The notes under the pieces were generated by a model. The model did no database searches, was not told where the DNA came from, and saw only the letters and a program-made list of their open reading frames with translations. A DNA stretch of 64,000 bases from Veillonella parvula. Lineage in GTDB: Bacteria > Bacillota > Negativicutes > Veillonellales > Veillonellaceae. Each line of letters opens with the position of its first letter. Positions within the stretch are counted from its first letter, which is position 1. Made by a program: the position numbers and the translations under genes. Shown here one piece after another: positions 18,315 to 28,376 of the stretch. The stretch spans positions 173,172 through 237,171 of the forward strand of contig NZ_JBKTIE010000001.1 of the NCBI RefSeq assembly GCF_047241225.1, given 5' to 3'.

Positions 18315-20120
18315 ATGGAAACAATGCAAGGCTTACACCGTACGCACGGTTGTGGCACCATCTCTGAACAAGAGGTAGGTAAAGAGGTCGTATTATGTGG
18401 TTGGGTTGAACGCCGTCGTGACCATGGTGGTTTGATATTCTTAGATTTACGCGATCGTTCTGGCGTAGTACAAGTAGTGGCATCCCCAGATCACAACGTA
18501 GAATCGTTCCACAAAGCAGAGGATGTTCGTAATGAATATGTGCTTTGCGTGCGTGGAACTATTACAAAACGTGATGATTCTGCTATTAATCCTAACCTTC
18601 CTACAGGTGCATACGAAATGTTCTGTGAAGAGTTGCGCGTATTGAACTCCGCTAAAACTCCTCCTTTCTATATTCAAGATGATATCGATGTAGATGAAAA
18701 TATTCGTTTGAAATATCGTTACCTTGATTTGCGTCGTCCTGAAATGCAACGTAACTTGATTTTACGTCACAAGGTAACAAAAGCAATGCGCGACTTTTTT
18801 GATAGCCGCGATTTCTTGGAAATTGAAACTCCAATGCTTACTAAATCTACGCCAGAGGGCGCTCGTGACTATCTAGTGCCTTCCCGTGTAAATGCTGGTA
18901 CATTCTACGCATTGCCACAATCTCCACAAATCTTTAAACAAATCTTGATGGTTGCTGGTTATGAAAAATATTTTCAAATCGTTCGTTGCTTCCGCGATGA
19001 AGATTTGCGCGCAGACCGTCAACCTGAGTTCACTCAGCTCGACTTAGAAATGTCCTTTGTTGATGAAGAAGATATATATGCATTGCTTGAAGAGATGATT
19101 GCTCATATATTTAAAACTGCATTAGGTAAAGAAATTTCTTTGCCTATGTCTCGTATTACATGGGACGAAGCAATGGATAAATACGGCTCTGATAAGCCGG
19201 ATCTTCGTTTTGGTATGGCGTTTACTGATGTAACTGATCTTGTAAAAGATACAGAATTCAAAGTCTTCCGCTCTGTTATCGACAATGGTGGCGTAGTTAA
19301 AGGTATCGTTGTGCCTGGTGACGCTGGCATTCCTCGCCGTGAACTTGATGATCTTGTTGAGTATGTAAACCGTTACGGCGCTAAAGGCCTTGCGTGGGCT
19401 TGCTTCAATGAAGATGGTTCTATTAAGTCTCAAATCATGAAGTTCTTAGGTGAAGATACAATCCGCAATATTGGTGAAAAAATGGGCGCTAAAGGTGGCG
19501 ACCTTGTATTGATGATTGCTGATAAACCTGCAACTGTGGCACGTGCATTAGGCGAATTACGCCTTGAAATGGCACGCCGTATGAACATGATTGACCAAGA
19601 TAAATTGGCATTCACATGGGTAACTGATTTCCCTATGTTCGAATATAACGAAGACGAAAAACGTTATGTTGCAATGCATCATCCGTTTACAATGCCACGC
19701 CATGAGGATCTTGATAAATTAGAATCCGATCCTGGCAGTGTAAAAGCGATTGCTTACGACATGGTATTGAATGGCGTAGAAATCGGTGGCGGTTCCTTGC
19801 GTATCTACCAAGCTGACGTACAAGAAAAAGTATTCAAAGCAATTGGTTTGTCTATTGAAGAAGCAAGATCTAAATTTGGCTTCATGCTTGATGCATTCCA
19901 ATACGGTGCACCTCCTCATGCAGGCTGTGCATTTGGCCTTGATCGTCTTGTTATGTTGATGGCAAAACGTCAATCTATCCGCGACGTAATCGCATTCCCT
20001 AAAACTCAATCTGCTTCTGATATCATGAGCCAAGCTCCATCTGAAGTAGAACCTAAGCAATTAAAAGAGTTGCATATTAAACCAGATGTAGAAGAAGAAC
20101 AAGAGCAATCTTTAGTGTAA
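18315..20120 (+). CDS. aspS: Aspartate--tRNA ligase (alternative start at 18303)
   Basis: RRDHGGLIF, TPEGARDYLVP, FRDEDLRADRQPEFTQ, GAPPHAG. Confidence 0.98.
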   Translation: METMQGLHRTHGCGTISEQEVGKEVVLCGWVERRRDHGGLIFLDLRDRSGVVQVVASPDHNVESFHKAEDVRNEYVLCVRGTITKRDDSAINPNLPTGAYEMFCEELRVLNSAKTPPFYIQDDIDVDENIRLKYRYLDLRRPEMQRNLILRHKVTKAMRDFFDSRDFLEIETPMLTKSTPEGARDYLVPSRVNAGTFYALPQSPQIFKQILMVAGYEKYFQIVRCFRDEDLRADRQPEFTQLDLEMSFVDEEDIYALLEEMIAHIFKTALGKEISLPMSRITWDEAMDKYGSDKPDLRFGMAFTDVTDLVKDTEFKVFRSVIDNGGVVKGIVVPGDAGIPRRELDDLVEYVNRYGAKGLAWACFNEDGSIKSQIMKFLGEDTIRNIGEKMGAKGGDLVLMIADKPATVARALGELRLEMARRMNMIDQDKLAFTWVTDFPMFEYNEDEKRYVAMHHPFTMPRHEDLDKLESDPGSVKAIAYDMVLNGVEIGGGSLRIYQADVQEKVFKAIGLSIEEARSKFGFMLDAFQYGAPPHAGCAFGLDRLVMLMAKRQSIRDVIAFPKTQSASDIMSQAPSEVEPKQLKELHIKPDVEEEQEQSLV

Positions 20121-20202
20121 AAACATAGGCAAGAATTGATTGAAATCGAAATGTCAAGACTTGTTAATTGCCAATCTTTCTGATACTATTTAAGTATAAG
20201 AT

Positions 20203-20372
20203 ATCCCTGCCATGTGCGTGTGATATCGCAGTTTTGAGCCAACACATTTACTTTGGGAGTCTGACTCTCGTCTGAACGTTATGCCCTTACGGGACAATTG
20301 CAGGATGAGGAGGACACCCACCTGCCCTTGCAGGATCAAAACGCGGTACATTACGGCATGGTGGGGCTTTTT
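20203..20372 (+). ncRNA. ssrS: 6S RNA
   Basis: ~170-nt rod with terminal pairing CCCTGCCATG / CATGGTGGGG and a T tail; own promoter TTGTTA-17-TACTAT with TG extension (20161-20189); canonical Firmicute position between aspS and rarA. Confidence 0.85.
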
Positions 20373-20606
20373 TGCGTGTAAAAATAGACTGAAATATCAT
20401 ATACTATAAATATATCTTTTGTAAGAACTAAAATTTTTTAAAGTTTTAAAAGTCCTAAATGTCATAAATGTCTTATAAATATTATTAGTGATACCAAGTT
20501 ACTGACGTCATTGGGCTTTTATGACGAGTAAGACATTGTTTTTTGATTGAATAGTTATAGATATTAAAATACGATAGTTAAACTGGGTGCGAATTGAGGT
20601 GATAGA

Positions 20607-21908
20607 ATGGATAGTTTATTTGATATGACACCTACAAATACATACGAGCCACTTCCTGTACGAATGCGTCCTACTAAACTGGATCATTTATATGGTCAAG
20701 AGAAGGCCATAGGGAAGGGGACTTTCTTGCGTGCTATGGTAGAGAAGGATACAATACCATCTATGCTTTTTTATGGGCCTTGTGGAACAGGTAAGACGAC
20801 GTTAGCCGGAATCATAGCTAAGGTGAGCAATAGTCATTTTGTAAACCTGAATGCTACTAACGCTGGTATTGGTGAGTTGAGAACCATCATTGAAGACGCT
20901 CGTAAACGGGTTCGTTCTTTACAGCAACGAACAATTCTATTCCTTGATGAAATTCATCGCTTTAATAAAAGCCAACAAGATGTGTTGTTACCCTGTGTAG
21001 AGGATGGAACTATCATCCTTATTGGTGCTACTACAGAGAATCCGTTCTTTGAAGTTAATAGACCACTTTTGTCTCGTTTGCGTCTTATTACATTAGAAGC
21101 ACTTACTCCAAAGGCTATTGGTCAAATTTTACGTCGCGCCATTACTGATGAAGCGGTAGGCCTTGGCAAGCGTCATCTGCAGGTAACAGATGAAGTTTTG
21201 GAAGATGTGGGGATTTTCGTCAATGGTGATGGACGTATGGCCCTTAATATTCTTGAACAAGCCGCAGCTATGGTTTCCGATGAGGGAACGATTACTATTG
21301 AGGTTCTCGAAAAGGTCGTAGGTCGTCGCATATATACATATGATAAAAAAGGCGATAGTCATTACGATACAATTTCAGCTTTTATTAAAAGTATGCGTGG
21401 TTCTGATGTGCAAGCAACGGTACATTATTTAGCGCGTATGATTGAAGCTGGAGAGGATCCTAATTTCATTGCTCGTCGTATTGTTATTTGTGCAGCAGAG
21501 GATGTTGGCCTTGCGGATCCACAAGCTCTTATACTCGCCAATGCAGCGGCTCAAGCGGCTCATATGGTAGGCTTTCCTGAGGCGCGTATTATATTATCCG
21601 AAGCTGCGTGTTATGTTGCTCTTGCACCTAAAAGTAATTCTGCTTATGTAGCTATTGATGCAGCTATATCTGATGTGCGACATAAGGATTGTGGACAAGT
21701 ACCTGATCATTTGAAAGATAGTCACTATAGCGGGGCTAGTAAATTAGGTCATGGAAAAGCTTATAAGTATGCTCATAACTATTCTAATGGGTATGTAAAA
21801 CAGCAGTATTTACCAACGCCTCTAGTCGATGCAACTTACTATAAGGGTATAAAGAGAGGGACTGAGGAACAGTTACTTCACGACTGGGAGAAACGTAGTA
21901 AAAATTAA
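20607..21908 (+). CDS. rarA: Replication-associated recombination protein A (MgsA/RarA)
   Basis: RMRP, GPCGTGKTT, LDEIHRFNKSQQD, GATTENP, SAFIKSMRGSD. Confidence 0.96.
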   Translation: MDSLFDMTPTNTYEPLPVRMRPTKLDHLYGQEKAIGKGTFLRAMVEKDTIPSMLFYGPCGTGKTTLAGIIAKVSNSHFVNLNATNAGIGELRTIIEDARKRVRSLQQRTILFLDEIHRFNKSQQDVLLPCVEDGTIILIGATTENPFFEVNRPLLSRLRLITLEALTPKAIGQILRRAITDEAVGLGKRHLQVTDEVLEDVGIFVNGDGRMALNILEQAAAMVSDEGTITIEVLEKVVGRRIYTYDKKGDSHYDTISAFIKSMRGSDVQATVHYLARMIEAGEDPNFIARRIVICAAEDVGLADPQALILANAAAQAAHMVGFPEARIILSEAACYVALAPKSNSAYVAIDAAISDVRHKDCGQVPDHLKDSHYSGASKLGHGKAYKYAHNYSNGYVKQQYLPTPLVDATYYKGIKRGTEEQLLHDWEKRSKN

Positions 21909-21990
21909 CTTAAAATTACGATATATGCTATAATATAATGATAAGTTAATTTACTGTAATGTTATATAAGTAAGGGGTTTGTATAGATTT

Positions 21991-24735
21991 ATGGCAGAAG
22001 AAAATACTTCCACCAAAAGACGCACCACACGCCGTAAGCGAACAAGTACAAAACAGCAATCAAAGTCTCAAAGCTTTTCTTTGCGCAGCGAAGTGAAAGG
22101 TCTTATTGTCATTGCCTTTGCTGTGATTTCCTTTCTCGGCTTTTTCGGCTTTGAACTCGGCCTTGTAGGGCAGATTTTAACAGGTGTATTCCGTTATGGC
22201 TTTGGGCTAGGCGGTATCATTCCTTGTTTATGCGTTTTCTGGTTAGGTTGGAGATTATTATATAAGGATACATTTATTTCCATTACAAAACGAGGCGTTG
22301 TAATGACCTTGTTTTTCCTATTTTTGTTAGCTCTTGTTCCTTTGTGGCGCGTTCCTGAGGGGCAGGAACTCATTACTACACAACTGGTTAATCAAGGTGG
22401 TGTCGTAGGTGGGGCAATTGCTACATTTCTTCGTACACTATTAGGCAACTTAGGGGCTATTATTCTTGATGTATTCTTACTCATAGCTTTTGGTCTTCTT
22501 GTGACACGTTTATCTTTGCGCAGTGGATTACAAAAGGCTGCGGACAAAACGCAAGTTGGTCTAGATGTAGCTAAAGAGGTAGCTGCTGAGAAGGTCGCTG
22601 TTGCAAAAGAAGTTTTTGATGACTGGAATGAACAGCGTAAAGAAGCGGCAGAACAGCGTAAAGCTTATAACAGGGAAAAAGACACACGCTTTGCTGACGC
22701 AGCAGATCAAGCATTAGATACATTGGAAAAACAAGGCATCGCTACTGGAAGAGATCTCTTTGACTCTAGCACGACTGTAGATGTTGATACTCTTGAAGAT
22801 ACAGTTACTACTGTGGAGTCGCCAAAACCTCCTACATCTTGGAAGGAATTGGCTGAGATAGAAGCACGTAATCGTGCGGCTGAGCAATTGGCTAATATTT
22901 CTGAAGCATCTGGTGATGCTAAGTCTTATGAAGCTGATGACTTTGAACAATTCTCTGATACACATAGAACTACGAGTGATGATTATGTATATGTTCCCGA
23001 TGAGGACTATGCATATACACCAGATGAAGAATATACGGATGAGTTTGGAACTGCAGCAAACTCTGATGACGAAGAACCAGAATTCTCCTATCAAAATACA
23101 ACGATGGGTCCATTGGAAACTAATCATGGTGCTATCGCTTCTGTTGTGCCAGGAACGGGTGCGGCTGCAAGTTCCGTAAGTGCTGGGGCCGGTATATCCG
23201 GCATGGGCTTACAAGTACCGTCCATTATTAGTACTACAGAAGATACGGCACAAGTAGCTGTATCTAAAGATGGCCAAATTCATCGTTCCTATGATAGACC
23301 GTACCACTTCCCAAGCCTAGATATTTTGGCGAAAGGGAAGGGAAGTCAAAACAATGGTGAAGAAGTAGCGCAAAATGCGATGATGCTTGAACATGTATTG
23401 AGTGACTTTGGTATTACTGCTAAGGTTGTTAATGCTACACAAGGTCCAACTGTTACGCGCTATGAAATTGAACCTGCACCAGGCGTGAAAGTGAGTCGTA
23501 TCGTTAACTTAACAGATGATATTGCCCTCAATTTAGCAGCGCAACATATCCGTATGGAGGCTCCGATTCCAGGTAAATCTGCCATCGGTATCGAGGTGCC
23601 TAATAAAACGACAGAAGCCGTTCATTTACGTGATGTACTTGATTGTAGTGACTTTAAAGATGCTCGTGGTGGTATTCCTGTCGGTCTTGGTAAGGATATT
23701 GCAGGGAAACCTGTTATTACGGATCTTGCGAAGATGCCTCACTTGCTCGTAGCTGGTACGACTGGATCTGGTAAATCCGTATGTGTAAATACATTGATTT
23801 CTAGTATTCTCTTTAGTCGTAAACCGGAAGAGGTTAAGTTATTATTAATCGACCCTAAAATGGTTGAATTGTCTATTTACAACGGAATTCCTCACTTGAT
23901 GGCTCCGGTTGTAACGGATATGAAAAAAGCGGCAGCTGTATTGCGTTGGGCCGTTCGTGAAATGGAGGCTCGTTATAAGGCGTTTGCTGCATCTGGTAAA
24001 CGCGATATCAAGAGCTATAATGAAGCGCATCCTAAGGCTGCTATGCCGTTAATCGTGTTGATTATCGATGAGTTAGCTGACCTTATGATGACGGCTCCTG
24101 ATGATATTGAAGAATCTATTAGTCGTTTAGCACAAATGGCTCGTGCCGCAGGTATTCACATGGTTCTTGCTACACAGCGACCATCTGTTAACGTTATTAC
24201 TGGTTCTATTAAGGCTAATGTACCGAGCCGTATTTCCTTTGCTGTAGGCTCTCAAATTGATTCCCGTACCATTCTTGATATGGCAGGGGCAGAGAAACTA
24301 TTGGGGAAAGGTGATATGTTATTTGCTCCAATTGGTGCGAATAAACCTATTCGTGTACAAGGGGCCTTCATTTCTGATGATGAGGTAGAAAAACTTGTAG
24401 AGTTTGTAAAAGCTCAACGAGAACCAGAATATGATAATACGGTAACTCAAGAAGTGGAAAAGGAAGCTGAAAAAGAATCTTCTGATGCTAATGATGTTTA
24501 CCGCGATGAATTATTAGAGCGAGCTGTTAATCTCGTTATGGAATCTGGTCAAGCTTCCGTATCGATGTTGCAACGTCGTTTCCGTATAGGTTATACCCGT
24601 GCGGCACGTCTTGTAGATACAATGGAAGACCTTAAAATCGTTGGCCCTAGCATGGGCAGTAAGGCTCGAGAAATTTTAATGAGCCCTGAACAAGCTAAGG
24701 CTAGATATTTCTCCGATTCTAATGATGAGCAATAA
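21991..24735 (+). CDS. ftsK: DNA translocase FtsK/SpoIIIE (alternative TTG start at 21979)
   Basis: N-terminal TM domain, acidic linker, HLLVAGTTGSGKS, DELADLMM, gamma domain SMLQRRFRIGYTRAAR. Confidence 0.96.
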   Translation: MAEENTSTKRRTTRRKRTSTKQQSKSQSFSLRSEVKGLIVIAFAVISFLGFFGFELGLVGQILTGVFRYGFGLGGIIPCLCVFWLGWRLLYKDTFISITKRGVVMTLFFLFLLALVPLWRVPEGQELITTQLVNQGGVVGGAIATFLRTLLGNLGAIILDVFLLIAFGLLVTRLSLRSGLQKAADKTQVGLDVAKEVAAEKVAVAKEVFDDWNEQRKEAAEQRKAYNREKDTRFADAADQALDTLEKQGIATGRDLFDSSTTVDVDTLEDTVTTVESPKPPTSWKELAEIEARNRAAEQLANISEASGDAKSYEADDFEQFSDTHRTTSDDYVYVPDEDYAYTPDEEYTDEFGTAANSDDEEPEFSYQNTTMGPLETNHGAIASVVPGTGAAASSVSAGAGISGMGLQVPSIISTTEDTAQVAVSKDGQIHRSYDRPYHFPSLDILAKGKGSQNNGEEVAQNAMMLEHVLSDFGITAKVVNATQGPTVTRYEIEPAPGVKVSRIVNLTDDIALNLAAQHIRMEAPIPGKSAIGIEVPNKTTEAVHLRDVLDCSDFKDARGGIPVGLGKDIAGKPVITDLAKMPHLLVAGTTGSGKSVCVNTLISSILFSRKPEEVKLLLIDPKMVELSIYNGIPHLMAPVVTDMKKAAAVLRWAVREMEARYKAFAASGKRDIKSYNEAHPKAAMPLIVLIIDELADLMMTAPDDIEESISRLAQMARAAGIHMVLATQRPSVNVITGSIKANVPSRISFAVGSQIDSRTILDMAGAEKLLGKGDMLFAPIGANKPIRVQGAFISDDEVEKLVEFVKAQREPEYDNTVTQEVEKEAEKESSDANDVYRDELLERAVNLVMESGQASVSMLQRRFRIGYTRAARLVDTMEDLKIVGPSMGSKAREILMSPEQAKARYFSDSNDEQ

Positions 24736-24784
24736 TGAGCTAATTACTATATGAAATATTACGTAGACTTAGAAAGGAACGAAA

Positions 24785-25237
24785 ATGGCTGAATTAGGCG
24801 AAGAATTACGACGTGAACGGGTAAGACGTAATCTGACCTTTAAAGATGTGGAGCAAGTGCTGCACATTAAAACAACCTATTTAGAAGCTATCGAAGATGG
24901 CAACTATGATATCATTCCTGGTCAAGTCTACGTAAAAGGCTTTATTCGAAACTATGGCAACTACTTAGATCTTGATGGGGATCGCTTGGTAAAAGTATAT
25001 CAAGGACAAGTAGGTGACATAGATACTTTTTCCTTGCGTTCTGTTACGAGACGGAAGGCTCAAACGACTCCTAATTTGGTACAAAGTGAGTTCGTTGAAT
25101 ACCAAACATCTAAAAAGCGTATGTCTTTAGAAACGCGTCAACGAAAACGTCAACGCTCTATTGTACAAGAACGCATTATTTTGGGAATCATTCTATTTTG
25201 TATGGCATTATTTTTACTATGGTTATTCATTTTCTAA
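24785..25237 (+). CDS. rodZ: RodZ-like HTH membrane protein lacking the extracytoplasmic domain
   Basis: GEELRRER..YLEAIEDG..YVKGFIRNY HTH; single TM at the extreme C-terminus; position after ftsK. Confidence 0.75.
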   Translation: MAELGEELRRERVRRNLTFKDVEQVLHIKTTYLEAIEDGNYDIIPGQVYVKGFIRNYGNYLDLDGDRLVKVYQGQVGDIDTFSLRSVTRRKAQTTPNLVQSEFVEYQTSKKRMSLETRQRKRQRSIVQERIILGIILFCMALFLLWLFIF

Positions 25238-25276
25238 TGATTGATTAGGAATGATAGAAAGGCATTTACACAGTCA

Positions 25277-27217
25277 ATGGATAGATTTTTAGTAACAGAA
25301 CCTTCGGATATGAAGGAACGTGGTTGGGCCGAATTAGATTTCGTTCTCATCAGTGGGGACGCCTATGTGGACCATCCGTCCTTTGCTCCTGCGGTTATCG
25401 GTAGATACTTGGAATCCAAAGGCTATCGTGTAGGCATTATAGATCAACCAGATTGGAATGATGTAGAGGCTTTCAAAAAACTAGGTAAACCGCGTCTAGC
25501 ATCCCTTGTTACGGCAGGGAATCTAGACTCAATGCTCAATAAATTTACGGCAGCAAAGAAAATTCGCCGTCAAGATGATTATTCTCCCGGTGGTGAATCA
25601 GGGCATCGTCCGGATCGTGCTACCTTGGTATATGCCAACCGCATGAAGGAGGCTTATAGTGATGTACCTCTTATCATCGGTGGTATAGAAGCGTCCTTGC
25701 GCCGCTTTGGTCATTATGATTATTGGTCAGATACGGTACGTCGCTCCATCTTAGTAGATTCTAAGGCAGATGTACTCGTCTATGGTATGGGAGAGCTTCA
25801 AATCATTGAACTAGCCGATGCCTTAGATCAAGGACGATTTAAAGAGTCCTTGCCGTCTATACGCGGTATTTGCTACATGGCAAAGGAAATTCCAACCATC
25901 GACTATGTAGAGTGCCCATCCTATGAAGCTATTAAGGCGGATAAGATGGACTTTGCCGATGCATTTCGCATTCAATACGATGAACAAGACCCGTTCTATG
26001 GTCGTATTGTAGTCCAAAAACATGGGGATAGATATCTCATTCAGAACACACCTGCTTTACCATTGACGCAGGACGAAATGGATGGTGTCTATAACTTGCC
26101 ATATACCCGAAAGTGGCATCCTAAATACGATGATAAGGGTGGTGTACCAGCGTTAAGCGAGGTTCAGTTTAGCCTTGTAAGCCAACGTGGCTGTTTTGGC
26201 AGTTGTTCTTTCTGTGCCATCACGAATCACCAAGGTCGTATTATTCAAAATCGTAGCCATGAGTCTTTGATTGACGAAGCACACAAGATGATCAACATGG
26301 ATAACTTCAAGGGATATATCCACGATGTAGGTGGTCCTACGGCAAATTTCCGCCATCTGGCTTGTGATAAACAGGCTGTTTATGGTGCTTGTAAAGGGCG
26401 GACTTGTGCGGCTCCAGAGCCTTGTGAAAACTTGAATACAAATCACGATGATTATATTGCTTTACTGCGTAAACTACGTAAGCTAAAAGGTGTAAAAAAG
26501 GTTTTTGTTCGTTCCGGTTTGCGCTATGATTATGTACTAGCCGATAACAATAAAGACTTTGTGCGGGAGCTTTGTGAGTTTCACGTAAGTGGTCAGTTAA
26601 AGGTAGCCCCAGAACATGTATCTAAACGCGTTACCAATATGATGGGAAAAGCTGGTAAGGAAGAATTTCTAACCTTTAAGTCTTGGTTTGAAGAGGCGAA
26701 TAAAAAGCTTGGTAAGAAGCAATATTTAGTTCCGTACTTTATGAGCTCTCATCCAGGTTGTGCGTTAGAGGATGCTATTGAATTGGCGGAATTTTTACGA
26801 GACCACCATATGTACCCTGAGCAAGTACAGGATTTTATCCCTACACCGGGTAGTCTTTCTACTTGCATGTATTATACGGGCATAAATCCACTAGATGGAA
26901 AGCCTGTTTATGTTGCTAAAAAGGGGCGAGATAAAGCAAAACAACGCGCTTTGATGCAGTTTAAAAATATTGAAAACTATGATCTTGTTAAAGAGGCTCT
27001 CATAGAAGCCAATCGACGTGATTTAATTGGCTTTGGCCCGGAATGCTTAATTCCACCGCGCCCAATTAGTGGAAATTCTAAGCGTATTAGCCAATCTAGT
27101 AAATTCCGTAATGGCAAACGAGATTGCGAACCTAGGAATCAATGCCGGACTGCCAAAAGGCGTAGTAGAGATGTGACTAAAGTTCGTACATCTAATAAAA
27201 GTTTTGGTGGTCGTTAA
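25277..27217 (+). CDS. ygiQ: YgiQ (UPF0313) family radical SAM protein
   Basis: GDAYVDHPSF, GGIEASLRR, RGCFGSCSFC, DVGGPTAN, GQLKVAPEH; start uncertain (25241 or 25277). Confidence 0.9.
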   Translation: MDRFLVTEPSDMKERGWAELDFVLISGDAYVDHPSFAPAVIGRYLESKGYRVGIIDQPDWNDVEAFKKLGKPRLASLVTAGNLDSMLNKFTAAKKIRRQDDYSPGGESGHRPDRATLVYANRMKEAYSDVPLIIGGIEASLRRFGHYDYWSDTVRRSILVDSKADVLVYGMGELQIIELADALDQGRFKESLPSIRGICYMAKEIPTIDYVECPSYEAIKADKMDFADAFRIQYDEQDPFYGRIVVQKHGDRYLIQNTPALPLTQDEMDGVYNLPYTRKWHPKYDDKGGVPALSEVQFSLVSQRGCFGSCSFCAITNHQGRIIQNRSHESLIDEAHKMINMDNFKGYIHDVGGPTANFRHLACDKQAVYGACKGRTCAAPEPCENLNTNHDDYIALLRKLRKLKGVKKVFVRSGLRYDYVLADNNKDFVRELCEFHVSGQLKVAPEHVSKRVTNMMGKAGKEEFLTFKSWFEEANKKLGKKQYLVPYFMSSHPGCALEDAIELAEFLRDHHMYPEQVQDFIPTPGSLSTCMYYTGINPLDGKPVYVAKKGRDKAKQRALMQFKNIENYDLVKEALIEANRRDLIGFGPECLIPPRPISGNSKRISQSSKFRNGKRDCEPRNQCRTAKRRSRDVTKVRTSNKSFGGR

Positions 27218-27279
27218 ACCTAGAGAGTAGCTCTAGCTACTCTCATTTTAAGATACTTTATGTCTTATGGGAGGCATAT

Positions 27280-28317
27280 ATGAAACGATGGATTGCTCCG
27301 AGCATCTTAGCATTATTTGTGGTAGGAATGTTGATTTATGGTATAAACTTTTACCAACAAGAACAAATAGAACAGGCCAAAGAGCCTATTCGTGGTGAAA
27401 TTATAGTCTATACGGACTTACCTAATACTTTGACAGCTATGCTTGCTGAGCGTTATGAAGAGGAACAAAAGGTAAAAGTTACTGTAATGCCTCTTACAGA
27501 GGAACAAATGTCGCTACGGTCGGCTTCTACCGTGGCTGATACTTCTGGTGATTTGGTGCTAACTTCTGAAGATAATCTCGTAGTTGGTGCCAATGCAGGT
27601 AAATATATGCCCATCGTCAATGAACGTATTGACGAGGTACGTGATAATCTAAAGGATCCAAATGGCTATTGGGTTGGTCTCTGGTACGATCCAATCGTAT
27701 TTGTTCAGAATGATACCTTCCATAATGGCATTGGTAAATATATTACTACATGGGAAACATTGGGAAAACAAGGTGATTGGTCTATCGTTATGACTGATTT
27801 TGTAGCATCTCAGAATGCGGCCAATTTGCTATACAATATGGTAGAGTACAAAGGGGAACCAGAGGCTCTTGAATACTTGTATAGTTTGAAGCCTCATGTG
27901 GTTCAACATGCTAAATTTTTGTCTACTCCAATACGCTTAACTGCGCTAGGGGAGACAAATATTGGTATTGGTAACTTGTCTGATGCGGCGCAATATAGTC
28001 ATCATGGGTATCCAATTAAAATCATTTATCCTAAAGATGGTACGTCTTATTATGTGACTGGTGCTGCCGTTTTAAAAAATTCAAAACATAAAGCAGATAG
28101 TGTAGAGTTTATTAATTGGTTACTATCTTCTAAAACGGCGAAATATATGGTAGAAAAGAATTTTACCTATATATTTACTAATCCTGAGATGGATGAGCCA
28201 AAAGATTCTATAGGGCATGATTTAGTGTTATGGCCTGTGAATGGTGGTTATACCCTAGAAGGTAAAAAGTTATTGTTAAATCATTGGGTTAGCCAGGTAC
28301 GATTCCGTAAGGACTAA
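27280..28317 (+). CDS. Orphan ABC substrate-binding protein (AfuA/FbpA-like)
   Basis: N-terminal hydrophobic anchor; IIYPKDGT..GAAVLKNS..EFINWLLS pattern typical of this SBP group. Confidence 0.7.
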   Translation: MKRWIAPSILALFVVGMLIYGINFYQQEQIEQAKEPIRGEIIVYTDLPNTLTAMLAERYEEEQKVKVTVMPLTEEQMSLRSASTVADTSGDLVLTSEDNLVVGANAGKYMPIVNERIDEVRDNLKDPNGYWVGLWYDPIVFVQNDTFHNGIGKYITTWETLGKQGDWSIVMTDFVASQNAANLLYNMVEYKGEPEALEYLYSLKPHVVQHAKFLSTPIRLTALGETNIGIGNLSDAAQYSHHGYPIKIIYPKDGTSYYVTGAAVLKNSKHKADSVEFINWLLSSKTAKYMVEKNFTYIFTNPEMDEPKDSIGHDLVLWPVNGGYTLEGKKLLLNHWVSQVRFRKD

Positions 28318-28376
28318 GTCAGTTGTATAAATCCAAGAAATAAATAAAAAAGAATCTAGTGACGAAAGGATATGGA

